A stretch of 64,000 bases of DNA from Candidatus Altiarchaeales archaeon (GTDB taxonomy: Archaea; Altiarchaeota; Altiarchaeia; IMC4; SCGC-AAA252-I15). The stretch's first letter is position 1; each line of letters starts with the position of its first letter. The notes beneath the pieces were generated by a model, which made no database searches, was not told the origin of the DNA, and was given only the letters and a program-made list of their open reading frames with translations. Position numbers and translations under genes: made by a program. This document shows, piece by piece, positions 36,283-45,970 of this stretch. Location: NCBI GenBank assembly GCA_014727915.1, contig WJMO01000011.1, positions 1 to 64,000 on the forward strand, given 5' to 3'.

Positions 36283-37177
36283 GCCAGTCATCGTAGCCTC
36301 TTTCTTCTCCCCTGACTATGCTCAGGTACTTGGACTGTATCCTCTCGGTTACCTGGCCTCTGCCGCCGTATTCCCTGTCGTCTATCTGGCGTATCGGGGT
36401 TACTTCGGCGGCGGTGCCTGTGAAGAAGGCCTCATCCGCGTCCTTTAGCTCCTCGACCGTTATCTCTCCCTCTTTGACCTCGTATCCGATGTCTGACGCG
36501 ATCTTCCTGACAGTATCCTGTGTTATGCCCGGCAGAGCACCCGAATCCTCTGATGTCGTCTTCAAGACCTCGTCTTTGACAGTGAACAAGTTCTCACCCG
36601 AACCCTCGGCTACACTGCCTTTGGTGTTGAGCATGATGGCCTCGTCAAATCCTCTCCTGACGGCTTCGACCTTTGCCAGCGACGCGTTCGCATAGTTGGC
36701 GGTTGCCTTGGCTGTGGGCGGCATCGTCGACGGGTCTATCCTCCTCCACGTCGAGATGGTGGCTTTAACGCCCTTCTCCATCCCGTCCTCGCCAAGGTAT
36801 GCCCCCCACTCCCAGACCGCGTGGCTGACGTCAACCGGGTTGCCCAGGGGGCAGACTCCCAATTCCCTGTAGCCGAAGAACGCTATGGTCCTGACATAGC
36901 ATTCCCTCAGGTTGTTTGCTCTTATGGTCTCAATGACCTGGGCGCATAGTTCATCAACCGTGTATGGGAGTTCCATGTTGTAGGCTGCGCCGCTCTTCAC
37001 AAGCCTTCTCATGTGGTCCTTCAGCCTGAACACCGCCGGGCCCTCGCATGTGTCATAGCACCTGCAGCTCTCGAAGACTCCCGTCCCATAGTGGAGTGCA
37101 TGGGCTAGGACGTGGACTTTAGCTTCCTCCCACGCTGCCAGCTCTCCGTTGTACATGACCTTTTCAGTCGCTTTCAT
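36260..37177 (-). CDS. ilvE: Branched-chain amino acid aminotransferase
   Basis: HALHYGTGVFES, FRLKDHMRRL, AKATANY, EGSGENLF, LPGIT and EAFFTGTAAEVTPI motifs. Confidence 0.96.
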   Translation of the reverse strand: MKATEKVMYNGELAAWEEAKVHVLAHALHYGTGVFESCRCYDTCEGPAVFRLKDHMRRLVKSGAAYNMELPYTVDELCAQVIETIRANNLRECYVRTIAFFGYRELGVCPLGNPVDVSHAVWEWGAYLGEDGMEKGVKATISTWRRIDPSTMPPTAKATANYANASLAKVEAVRRGFDEAIMLNTKGSVAEGSGENLFTVKDEVLKTTSEDSGALPGITQDTVRKIASDIGYEVKEGEITVEELKDADEAFFTGTAAEVTPIRQIDDREYGGRGQVTERIQSKYLSIVRGEERGYDDWLTPARPA

Positions 37178-37234
37178 ATGGGGAAAGATGTGAACCCCAG
37201 GTTAAATAGGCCGGAAAATGAATATTTTACTGTT

Positions 37235-37579
37235 ATGGGATGGTTTGACTGGCTGTTCTCCCCCGAGGACGGGGAAAAGGAGGTTTGGGTGAAGGTCTGC
37301 CCCATGTGCGGGAGCAAGGAGGTCACGAGCAGGGGCATGATATCCCGGCGTGCGCTGTCTCCCAACTTCATCTGCAAGTCATGCGGGTTCCAAAGCCCTC
37401 TCTTCCCCGAGCTGCCGTTGGAAGAGGCGGGGAAGATCCCCGACCAACCGAGCGTTTTAGTGCCTTCCAGGGCGCCGATCGCAGCGGACCACAGCCGATT
37501 GGATGATGGCATGGGCCGCGGCAGGATATTCTGGCTCATGTTAGTGGCGTTGGTCCTGTGGCTGATACTCGCATACTGA
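37235..37579 (+). CDS. Small zinc-ribbon protein with C-terminal TM
   Basis: CPMCGS...CKSCGF and a hydrophobic C-terminus. Confidence 0.65.
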   Translation: MGWFDWLFSPEDGEKEVWVKVCPMCGSKEVTSRGMISRRALSPNFICKSCGFQSPLFPELPLEEAGKIPDQPSVLVPSRAPIAADHSRLDDGMGRGRIFWLMLVALVLWLILAY

Positions 37580-37585
37580 CGGGTT

Positions 37586-38776
37586 TCACATCCAAACTCC
37601 CGCGATCGCTTCCCCGCAGAACCTGCAATTCCCATCTTGGAGGTTGTTCTCCGTTATCCTGTATCCTGCCCTGCCTATGACGGTCCTACCGCATCGGGGG
37701 CAGATGGTGTCTTCCAGTTGTAGTTGGGGTGCGTTGCCGACGAAAACGTAGTTCAATCCCGCGTCAGATGCGATGTCCCTTGCGTTGGTGAGGACTTCAA
37801 GGGGTGTTGGCGGTAGCTTTGTCAGCTTGTACTGGGGGTGGAACCTGCTGAAATGGAGGGGGTAGTCGCCTCCGATGTTCTTGACGATCCATCTGCTCAT
37901 CTCCCCTATGACGTCTAGGTCGTCGGTCCAGGTTGGCACGATGAGGTTGGTGATCTCGAACCATATCCTGTTCTCGTGCAGGGTCTTCAGGGTTTTCAAT
38001 ACCGGCTGTAGGCTGCCGCCGTTCAACTCCAGGTAAATGTTGTCTCTGAACCCTTTCAAGTCGACGTTCGCAGCGTCCAAGACCGTGCAGAACCTCTCAA
38101 GCGGCTCCTCGTTCATGTGTCCGTTGGTTATCCACAGGTTCCTCACTCCCTCCTCCCTCGCTATCACGCTCGTGTCGTACATGTACTCGTAGAATATGGT
38201 GGGCTCGTTGTAGGTGTATGCTATCGACTTGCACCCCTGCTGCAAGGCTCCTGCGACGACGGCATCGGGGAAGAGCTCCCCGTTTTCGGTCTCCTCCGGG
38301 GGATACTGGCTTATCTCCCAGTTCTGGCAGTTCAAACACCTGAGGTTGCACCCTGCCGTCGCTATGCTGAAGGCCTTGGACGCCGGCAGGAAATGGAATA
38401 GGGGCTTCTTCTCTATGGGGTCCACGTGGACCGAGCAGGGGTTCCCGTAGACGAGAGAATAGAGTCTGCCGCCGTGGTTCACCCTAACCCTGCATATGCC
38501 CCTCTGGCCAGGCTGTAGGCTGCAGGTGTTGGGGCATAGGCCGCACCGCACCGTCCCACCCAGGTCCCGGTAATCGTATGCTTCCCTGCTCCACTTCCAC
38601 AGCTCAGAGGGGGCGGCGGTCACCTCCGAACCGCCGTTGGGTCTGCTTTCCGGCTTCCCCTTCGACAGCTCGTTGACGATGTATCCTCCAGCACCCAATC
38701 CCACGGCTCCGACGGCCGCCTTCTTGAGGAATTCCCTCCTGCTTATGCCCTCGCTCCTATCATCCCTACTTGCCAC
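37586..38776 (-). CDS. AmmeMemoRadiSam radical SAM enzyme with N-terminal twin-arginine signal
   Basis: SRREFLK plus hydrophobic h-region, CGLCPNTC...GICRVR, DPIEKKPLFHF, CNLRCLNCQNWEIS (CxxxCxxC), YTYNEP, PLHFSRFHP and C-terminal CxxC motifs. Confidence 0.93.
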   Translation of the reverse strand: MASRDDRSEGISRREFLKKAAVGAVGLGAGGYIVNELSKGKPESRPNGGSEVTAAPSELWKWSREAYDYRDLGGTVRCGLCPNTCSLQPGQRGICRVRVNHGGRLYSLVYGNPCSVHVDPIEKKPLFHFLPASKAFSIATAGCNLRCLNCQNWEISQYPPEETENGELFPDAVVAGALQQGCKSIAYTYNEPTIFYEYMYDTSVIAREEGVRNLWITNGHMNEEPLERFCTVLDAANVDLKGFRDNIYLELNGGSLQPVLKTLKTLHENRIWFEITNLIVPTWTDDLDVIGEMSRWIVKNIGGDYPLHFSRFHPQYKLTKLPPTPLEVLTNARDIASDAGLNYVFVGNAPQLQLEDTICPRCGRTVIGRAGYRITENNLQDGNCRFCGEAIAGVWM

Positions 38777-40886
38777 TTGTTAGCCTCAGATACCCTAAAA
38801 CGTTCACTGCGCAGACAAGCGCGCAGACGGTTAATATTCCCACTGCGGGTATTAAAAAGACGCTGACCAGCATGCACCCTATGAATGCGCCGAGGAAGTC
38901 GAGGCTGTAGAGTGTTCCCGCGGTCTCCCCTGGCGTTTGCTGCCCTTTATTCGCCCTCGCCGCCAGGGGGAAAACCGACCCCACTATCGACCCCAACGCG
39001 GCTGTAATCAAGGGGAAGATTACCTGTGCGGAGAACTGTGCCATCGGCGCGGCCTTCACGGTGTTCAACGACATGATGACGGCTGCCAGGACCAGCGGAT
39101 AGGCTGTGGCGGCTGCTATCATCCGCGTCAGGCGTCTTCTTTCCCCTCCCAGTTTCCTGTTGGCCCTATGGGCTCCCCACGCCAGCCCTACCATGAAAGA
39201 CGTCACTATCAAACCCACCTGGTGGTATACGAACCCGTAAAGTGCCTGGAATGAGATTAGCAGCACAACCTCCAAGGCGGTGCCTGTGAACCCGACACCC
39301 ATTATGTTAGCTTTCAACGGCTCCAGCCTGAAGTACAATATGGCGGCTGCCAACCCGAAAGCGACGGCAAAGTGGGGCAGGTATCCTCTCATGTTGAAGT
39401 AGGTCATCCAATACCTGAGGTGGTGGTAGTATGCCGTAGGCTTAAGGTCCCGGTTTAATTCTCCGCCTGAGGCGATGTTCTCCTCCAGGTAGCTGATCCT
39501 CTCGTCGTTGAGCGTTCCAACCAGGTAGTTCTCGTTCACATAGTGTGTTTCAACCCCTGAATCCCCTACCAAACGCCCTATGCCCGTCTCCAAACCCGAA
39601 TCCGACGCGAGGTATATGTTCCTCCCTCCTGGTAGTGCGAGGACTTCGGCGAATGCCTCAGTTAGCGTCGCGTATACGCCCGCGTTCAACATCCTCACCT
39701 CCTCGTTCATGTAGTTCTCCGACCCGCTAACTCCCGTTGAGAACACGCCTCCAGGGCTCAATATCCTCTTCACTTCACTGTAGAACTCGAGGGTGTAGAA
39801 CCTGTTCAACTGGGCTGTGGTGGGGTCTGGCAGGTCCACGATGACTACATCGTACATGATGGGTGAGGTTTTGACGTAGATCCTCCCGTCCATGTTGTGC
39901 ACGTTCACCCGCGGGTCTTCAACCCCGGTTTCTCCAAGGTACTCCCTCGCTAATCTTATTATCTCCGGGTCTAGTTCGACGTAGTCGACCTGGCTGACGT
40001 CATACTTCAGTATCTCCTTCAACGTGCCCGAGACCCCTCCGGAGATCAGGAGCACGTTGTCTGCCTTGTCCCGCTGGGACATTGGGTAGTGGACAGTCTC
40101 CTCGGCTGATACCACGTCGCCGGTGCTGAACAATGGCAGGTTGTTCTCGTAGAAGTTCACCTGCCCTGACGATTCGGAAACGACGAGGTTCCCATAGCGT
40201 GTGTTCACCTGCTCCAGAACATGCTCGCCCTGGAACCTGATGCTGTCCGTCACGTCCTGGAGGTCGACCGCGAACGCGAATGACACTATCATAAGGCAGA
40301 TAATTGCAGACCCTATCCTCCACCGTCCCCCGATAGAGTAAAGTCCCGCCGCTGACGCGAGCCCTGCCACATAGGCTGTCTGGAAGGAGTCCAGCAGGTT
40401 CACCAGGAGGAAGGTGAACGCGAGCCCTCCGAGTATGTCACCGGCGGAGTCGAGGATGTAGCCCCATCCTATTCCCTCGGCCTTCCGGTCTTCCGCGATT
40501 ATCGCGCATACCAGCGTGATCTGGACGCCGTAGAGCATGCAGTAGGGGCCGAGTGTCAGAGCAAGCGAACCCAGGATATGGGCCAGGCCTGCCATCTCAC
40601 CCCTGACGGTGAGGACGGAGTCAACGGTGTTGGAGACGTAGACTGAAGCCGGGATCAGGAGGGCGCCGAATGCCAGAGTAAATGCGAACGCGGTCCTGGA
40701 GTCCTTTACTTTCACCTTGGCTGCGGTGTGGCTGCCGAGCCCGACCAGTGCCATCCATGCTCCGAGGGCGAGGCCGAAGACGAGCTCGTTCCCGTAGAAG
40801 ATGTTGAGGAACTCCCTGAGGAATGTGAGCTGGGCGACCATGGACGCAAAGCCTATCATAACCGCGGCAAAACCGTATTTGGACAT
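38766..40886 (-). CDS. Membrane-fused spermidine-synthase-like (SAM-binding) protein
   Basis: TM bundle, then EETVHYPM, VLLISGG, YVELDPEII, DGR and YDVVIVDLPDP...NRFYTLEFY, then a second TM bundle. Confidence 0.85.
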   Translation of the reverse strand: MSKYGFAAVMIGFASMVAQLTFLREFLNIFYGNELVFGLALGAWMALVGLGSHTAAKVKVKDSRTAFAFTLAFGALLIPASVYVSNTVDSVLTVRGEMAGLAHILGSLALTLGPYCMLYGVQITLVCAIIAEDRKAEGIGWGYILDSAGDILGGLAFTFLLVNLLDSFQTAYVAGLASAAGLYSIGGRWRIGSAIICLMIVSFAFAVDLQDVTDSIRFQGEHVLEQVNTRYGNLVVSESSGQVNFYENNLPLFSTGDVVSAEETVHYPMSQRDKADNVLLISGGVSGTLKEILKYDVSQVDYVELDPEIIRLAREYLGETGVEDPRVNVHNMDGRIYVKTSPIMYDVVIVDLPDPTTAQLNRFYTLEFYSEVKRILSPGGVFSTGVSGSENYMNEEVRMLNAGVYATLTEAFAEVLALPGGRNIYLASDSGLETGIGRLVGDSGVETHYVNENYLVGTLNDERISYLEENIASGGELNRDLKPTAYYHHLRYWMTYFNMRGYLPHFAVAFGLAAAILYFRLEPLKANIMGVGFTGTALEVVLLISFQALYGFVYHQVGLIVTSFMVGLAWGAHRANRKLGGERRRLTRMIAAATAYPLVLAAVIMSLNTVKAAPMAQFSAQVIFPLITAALGSIVGSVFPLAARANKGQQTPGETAGTLYSLDFLGAFIGCMLVSVFLIPAVGILTVCALVCAVNVLGYLRLTSGK

Positions 40887-40925
40887 TGTCTGCTCTTATA
40901 TTATTTTCTGATAATATTATGTACC

Positions 40926-41447
40926 ATGTTCTCCGACATTATAAGGGTCGTGTGGTTCATTCTGCCGGCTTATGTGGCGAACTCCATCGCCATAGACGTG
41001 TCCGGCGTCCCGTTCCTCAAAAAATACGATACGCCAATGGACTTCGGGAGGTCAGTGGGCGGCAAGCGGATTCTCGGGGATGGGAAGACCTGGAGGGGGT
41101 TCATATCAGGGGTGCTGGCCGCTGTCCTGACTGGTTACCTCCAGCAGTCCTATCAGGCGGACGGGTTCGTTCAGATGACGCCTTTACTCGGGTTCCTGCT
41201 GGGTTTCGGGGCTTTAGGGGGTGATGCGGCGGCTTCTTTCATAAAGCGGAGGACCGGCTTGGGCAGGGGGCATCCCGTGTTCCTCCTGGACCAGCTCGAC
41301 TATGTTTTCGGCGCCTTCCTGGCGGCCTCATTAGTTGTTCCCCTGGATTTTCCCCCTCTTTTTTTAGCTTGTTTAATAACTTTACCCATCCACTACATAA
41401 GCAATATAGTGGCGTGGTTGTTGAAGTTGAAGCCTAAACCCTGGTAA
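40926..41447 (+). CDS. carS: CDP-archaeol synthase
   Basis: LPAYVANS, PMDFG, RILGDGKTWRG, GD...SFIKRR and LLDQLDY motifs. Confidence 0.92.
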   Translation: MFSDIIRVVWFILPAYVANSIAIDVSGVPFLKKYDTPMDFGRSVGGKRILGDGKTWRGFISGVLAAVLTGYLQQSYQADGFVQMTPLLGFLLGFGALGGDAAASFIKRRTGLGRGHPVFLLDQLDYVFGAFLAASLVVPLDFPPLFLACLITLPIHYISNIVAWLLKLKPKPW

Positions 41448-41448
41448 A

Positions 41449-42801
41449 GTGGATTATGAAGCTATAGTAGTGGGGGCTGGTGTGAGCGGTCTTCTGTCAG
41501 CGTTGGCTCTGTCCAAGGAGGGGAAGAACGTGCTCGTGCTCGAACGGGATGGTGAGGTGGGCGGTAACCTCCGCACCTACGAGGTTGACGGCTGGTGGGT
41601 TGACACGGGCCTTCACGCGATCACGCACGTGGACGACGGCCCGTTGACGAAGCTGATGGACGACTACTTCGACGTTATACCGAGGTTCCTCCCCTACGGC
41701 AACTACCACATCCGCACCCGGGAGAAGCTTGTGGTTTTCCCTTGGACGATGCAGGCTTGGGTGAACTTTGACGTCCTGCCGCAGAATGACAGGTTCCAGC
41801 TTATGAGCATACTCGGCGCCTCCGTCGCATCCAGCATCTTCGGCTCGGTGGACAAGAACCAGAGCGTCTACGACTTCCTGAAGAACAACCGGTTCAGCGA
41901 CAAGACTTGGCGGTTCATCGACACCTTCAGCTATTTCATGAGCGGGAAGAACATGCGCAAGACCCCCGTGTGGAGGCTGATGAAGGGGGCCCGTTACATC
42001 CAGGAGAACGAGAGCGAGTTCATCGGCGACAAGGTTGTCGGCGGAATCGCCAATGTGGCCAAACTGCTCGCCTATGACGGCAGCTACCACCAGGCCTACC
42101 CGAAGCTGGGAGCTGGGGCGGTGACTGACTGTATCGTCAGGTCTTTCCCCAAGGGCAAGGTGACTGTGAAGACCTCTGAGGAGGTGAAGGCGTTGGATTG
42201 CAGGGATGGGAAGGTGGTTGGCGTCGAAACGGATAACGACAGTTACGCCTCGGATTTGACTGTATACTCTGGTTACATGAGGGACCTTCCCGGGCTTTCC
42301 GGGGAATTCGACGAAGACTTCAGGGAATCAGTAGGCTCGTTGGAGCAGAGCACGTCCATCACAGTGTGGCTGGGGTTGGATGAGGTTCTGCCAGAGTTCG
42401 ATTACATGGGTGCGGAGGTCTGGTTCGAGGAGGGCAAGTCCTACTGGGGCATGTCCACCAGCAGATACAACCAGTCATTCGCTCCGGAGGGCAAGCAGCT
42501 TGTGGGTTTCACCGCGATCATAGAGGGCGGCCGGGAATCTGAGGAGAAGGCGCTGATCGAGTCAATCTACACTGCCGTCCCGTCCGCCGAGGATCACGTG
42601 GAGTTCAGGCACGCGCAGGTCACCATACCTGAGAAGGCGGCGATTACCGTGGGCTCCAGGTTCCCTGGGCAGAAGGCCCCCTTGGATGGGCTCTACCTGG
42701 TGGGGACGGACACGGACATCCGCAGCATGGGCGTTACCAGGGCCGCGTTCTCGGTGGTTGAGATGCTCAAGATACTGAAGGGAGAAGGGAGGCTAACATG
42801 A
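41449..42801 (+). CDS. FAD-dependent oxidoreductase (phytoene-desaturase-like)
   Basis: VVGAGVSGL..A..L...G..V.VLE....GG, VDTGLH and GLYLVGTD motifs. Confidence 0.82.
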   Translation: MDYEAIVVGAGVSGLLSALALSKEGKNVLVLERDGEVGGNLRTYEVDGWWVDTGLHAITHVDDGPLTKLMDDYFDVIPRFLPYGNYHIRTREKLVVFPWTMQAWVNFDVLPQNDRFQLMSILGASVASSIFGSVDKNQSVYDFLKNNRFSDKTWRFIDTFSYFMSGKNMRKTPVWRLMKGARYIQENESEFIGDKVVGGIANVAKLLAYDGSYHQAYPKLGAGAVTDCIVRSFPKGKVTVKTSEEVKALDCRDGKVVGVETDNDSYASDLTVYSGYMRDLPGLSGEFDEDFRESVGSLEQSTSITVWLGLDEVLPEFDYMGAEVWFEEGKSYWGMSTSRYNQSFAPEGKQLVGFTAIIEGGRESEEKALIESIYTAVPSAEDHVEFRHAQVTIPEKAAITVGSRFPGQKAPLDGLYLVGTDTDIRSMGVTRAAFSVVEMLKILKGEGRLT

Positions 42802-44042
42802 AGTTAACGCTGCCATACGGTGATTCGACAACGGAGATTGAGGTTGACGATGACCGGGTGCAGGCTTACATCGAGCCGGCCCACTTCGACAAGCGGGACT
42901 TGAAGGATCTTTTACGGGAGTCTTTGGAGGACTCATACGCCCTGAGCCTTGAGGAATTCCTAAAGGGCAAGAAGTCCATACTGTTGGTTGTGAACGACCT
43001 GACCCGCCCCACACCCACTGCGAAGGTGTTGGAGGTTCTCCTGCCCTTGTTGGGTGACAGGGAGTTGAAGTTCATCATCGCCACCGGCTCTCATAAGCCG
43101 CCGGGTAAGCCGGGGTTGAAGACCATACTCGGCGAAGGCGTCTACGAGGCTCATAAGAAGGAGGTTTACAGCCACGAGGCCAAGGACGACGTGTTCCTAA
43201 GGTATGCGGGGGAGACCTCGCGGGGTAACAGCATCTACTTGAACAAGATGCTATGGCTCGTGGACGGGGTAATAAACATCAACAGCGTGGAGCCCCATTA
43301 TTTCGCGGGTTTCACCGGCGGCCGGAAGAGTTTTCTACCGGGTGTGTCCAGTTATAAGACGATCACCAAGAACCATTCGTTCGCTTTGGAGGAGGGGAGC
43401 CAGCTGTGCAACCTGGAGGGGAACCCCGTTAACGAGGACATGGAGGAGGCCGCCGCATTGGTCCCCAAGCCGATCTTCAGCTTCAACCTGGTGTTGGACG
43501 CGGACAACGACGTGGCCGGCGTTTTCGCTGGCGGGTTGAGGGAGTCTTTCCGGGCGGCCTGCGAGTTCACCCTCACAAAATACACGTTCTCGTTGGAGGA
43601 GAAGGCGGATGTTGTGCTGGCTTTTGTGGAGCGGCCGATGAGCAGGGACCTCTACCAGACTCAGAAGGTCATCGAGCCCTCGAAGCTCGCGTTGAAGGAG
43701 GGGGGTGTTCTCATCTTCGTCTCTCAGTGTGACGGGGGCGTGGGCCCTGAAAACTACTATGCGCTGATGAGCTCGTCCACGAACCCTCATGAGATATTGA
43801 TGAGCATACAGCAGAAGTACAAGCTCGGCTACCACAAAGCCGCCCGCCTGTTGGAAATCGCCACCTGGGCGGACATGTACGCGGTAACCGACCTGGAAGA
43901 CCATGTCCTAGAGCGCGTCTTCATGAAACCCTTCAGCACCGCTCAGGAAGCAGTCGACACCGCACTCAAAGAAAAAGGCCCCCAAGCCAAAATAATCATA
44001 ATCAAAAACGCACTCATCACAATACCACAAAACAAAGCTTAG
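42798..44042 (+). CDS. larA: Nickel-pincer-dependent lactate-racemase-family protein
   Basis: NDLTRPTPT, ATGSH, EPHYFAGFTGGRKSFLPG, DLYQTQK and LGYHKA motifs. Confidence 0.88.
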   Translation: MKLTLPYGDSTTEIEVDDDRVQAYIEPAHFDKRDLKDLLRESLEDSYALSLEEFLKGKKSILLVVNDLTRPTPTAKVLEVLLPLLGDRELKFIIATGSHKPPGKPGLKTILGEGVYEAHKKEVYSHEAKDDVFLRYAGETSRGNSIYLNKMLWLVDGVININSVEPHYFAGFTGGRKSFLPGVSSYKTITKNHSFALEEGSQLCNLEGNPVNEDMEEAAALVPKPIFSFNLVLDADNDVAGVFAGGLRESFRAACEFTLTKYTFSLEEKADVVLAFVERPMSRDLYQTQKVIEPSKLALKEGGVLIFVSQCDGGVGPENYYALMSSSTNPHEILMSIQQKYKLGYHKAARLLEIATWADMYAVTDLEDHVLERVFMKPFSTAQEAVDTALKEKGPQAKIIIIKNALITIPQNKA

Positions 44043-44076
44043 GTCTCTGGATTTTTGAATTTCAGGTGAAATAGTA

Positions 44077-45243
44077 GTGGGGCTGTCAGGGACGGCGTGT
44101 TCTCTGGGGGTAAACCATTTTAAGATCACTGTGGATGGTAGTTCTCTTAAGGTTGAGGGTTGCGGTCAATCGGTCGAATCAACGGATTCCTCCTACTCCA
44201 ACACGGGGGAGATTTCGCTCCAAAACCATTATGGGACTTCCTCCTCCTTCGACAACATAACCGTGAGGAAATACGCCAACCCTACACCAACCTTTAATGG
44301 ATTCCACACCGAAGAAACCTACACTCCAAGCCCACCCCTGGGCGGCAGCGGAGAAATATACTATTATCACCCTGACCATCTTGGTTCAACTGTTGTGGTT
44401 AGTGACAGTGACGGTAATTTAGAAGAGAGAATTTCATATCAGCCGTTTGGCCTACCCCGTCAATCCAGTGAAGAATTGTACCAGTTCACTAGTCAGGAGT
44501 GGGAGGGAGACCTTGGATTCTATGACTACGGAGCTCGTCAGTATAATCCGACCCTTAGGAGGTTCATGCAAGCTGATAGTATAATACCAAATCCTTATAA
44601 TCCGCAAAACATGAACAGATACTCGTATGTACTGAATAATCCACTCATATATATTGATCCTACTGGTCATGTAGGCTTTATAGTTGGTTTAACGGGTCAG
44701 TCAGGTACATATCCTGTTGGAGTAGGTGATAGTATTACAGAAACACAAGGTTTTGCAGTTGCTATATCTTCTGATCTTAAAATAAGTTGGGGTTCTGTTA
44801 AAAGTGCTGGTGTGGGGGATATTACTCCTACTGGATCTGCAGGTTTATTATTATTACGATCAGATGGTGTAGAACATGTTAGTGGATTCTCTGGTTCCTC
44901 AACAGATGTTATGGGTGATACGAGTTTAATGCCTGGAACCAGTGTTGGATTAATTGGTGTTACCAATGAAGATGGTGAATGTTCTGGAACTGGCATGACA
45001 GTTTCATTAGACATTAATGCTCCTGCAGGGATATTTGGAGCTTCAGCGGGGGTTGTTAATTCTGAAACAATAGTTACTGAACATACAAATAATGGAGATA
45101 TAACACATGGTGATACCCAAGCTTATAATAATATATATTCGGAGGTCGCAAATGATTATTTAAGTGAAGCAGATGTTGCTGGGACACTTGAACGTTTAAC
45201 AGAAACTGCCAATACTATAATACAAAAAATCACGGGAGAATAA
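44077..45243 (+). CDS. 5'-truncated Rhs protein: short beta-domain remnant + RHS core + variable C-terminal (putative toxin) domain 1
   Basis: YYYHPDHLGS, YQFTSQEW, FYDYGARQYNP...RFMQAD, NRYSYVLNNP..YIDPTG, then a Gly/Ser-rich CT. Confidence 0.88.
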   Translation: MGLSGTACSLGVNHFKITVDGSSLKVEGCGQSVESTDSSYSNTGEISLQNHYGTSSSFDNITVRKYANPTPTFNGFHTEETYTPSPPLGGSGEIYYYHPDHLGSTVVVSDSDGNLEERISYQPFGLPRQSSEELYQFTSQEWEGDLGFYDYGARQYNPTLRRFMQADSIIPNPYNPQNMNRYSYVLNNPLIYIDPTGHVGFIVGLTGQSGTYPVGVGDSITETQGFAVAISSDLKISWGSVKSAGVGDITPTGSAGLLLLRSDGVEHVSGFSGSSTDVMGDTSLMPGTSVGLIGVTNEDGECSGTGMTVSLDINAPAGIFGASAGVVNSETIVTEHTNNGDITHGDTQAYNNIYSEVANDYLSEADVAGTLERLTETANTIIQKITGE

Positions 45244-45253
45244 CAAGAAGACA

Positions 45254-45919
45254 ATGGAAAATAAACACAATAATAGGTGGTTTCCATTTGCATTAACCTG
45301 GATAAATGGTATGATATATTCCCTAGTTGGTCTTTTACATAGATTTTATGATAAGACTATATTTATGGTGTTATTTGCTGTTCTTATTTTTTTAGAACTA
45401 CTTATTTTCAATTACTTAAAACAAAATAGAAAATATAATCATGACCTACTTAAAATATTCCGATTACCTAAATTATCAAAATTATACTTAATCTGCCAAA
45501 TTCCATTTCTTATACTGCTTATTGATTACAATCTAATAATCATGGCTATATTTATCAGTTCATTCATCTGGTTAGTCTTTGCTTATATGTTAAAATTTCA
45601 TAAACCATTCCAAAAGGAAATTAATTCACTCAACTTCACACATAATACACACCCTTTTTTAATACCTGAAGAACTATACAAAAAATTAATTCAATTTTTT
45701 ATTTCTCTACCTTTAATTTTTGCTATTTCCTTCCTACTTGTTATTCCGCCATTATTCAGATCATTTAAAGATTTGATTTTTTCACTATTTAGAAAAAATA
45801 TTTGTATATTAATAACAATCCCCCTTTTTGGGCTAATGTTATATTCATTAATATTTACTGCATATTTCCTATACACTCCCCTCTACTACTTTGCCTATTT
45901 CCTCTTTAAGAATACATAG
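45254..45919 (+). CDS. Multi-TM protein, putative immunity protein 1
   Basis: Very AT-rich and hydrophobic. It starts 10 nt after the Rhs-CT1 stop. Confidence 0.7.
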   Translation: MENKHNNRWFPFALTWINGMIYSLVGLLHRFYDKTIFMVLFAVLIFLELLIFNYLKQNRKYNHDLLKIFRLPKLSKLYLICQIPFLILLIDYNLIIMAIFISSFIWLVFAYMLKFHKPFQKEINSLNFTHNTHPFLIPEELYKKLIQFFISLPLIFAISFLLVIPPLFRSFKDLIFSLFRKNICILITIPLFGLMLYSLIFTAYFLYTPLYYFAYFLFKNT

Positions 45920-45970
45920 TATGGCATAACTCTTATCAATTGTGTCAGTTTATTTCACCGGAGTTGGGGT

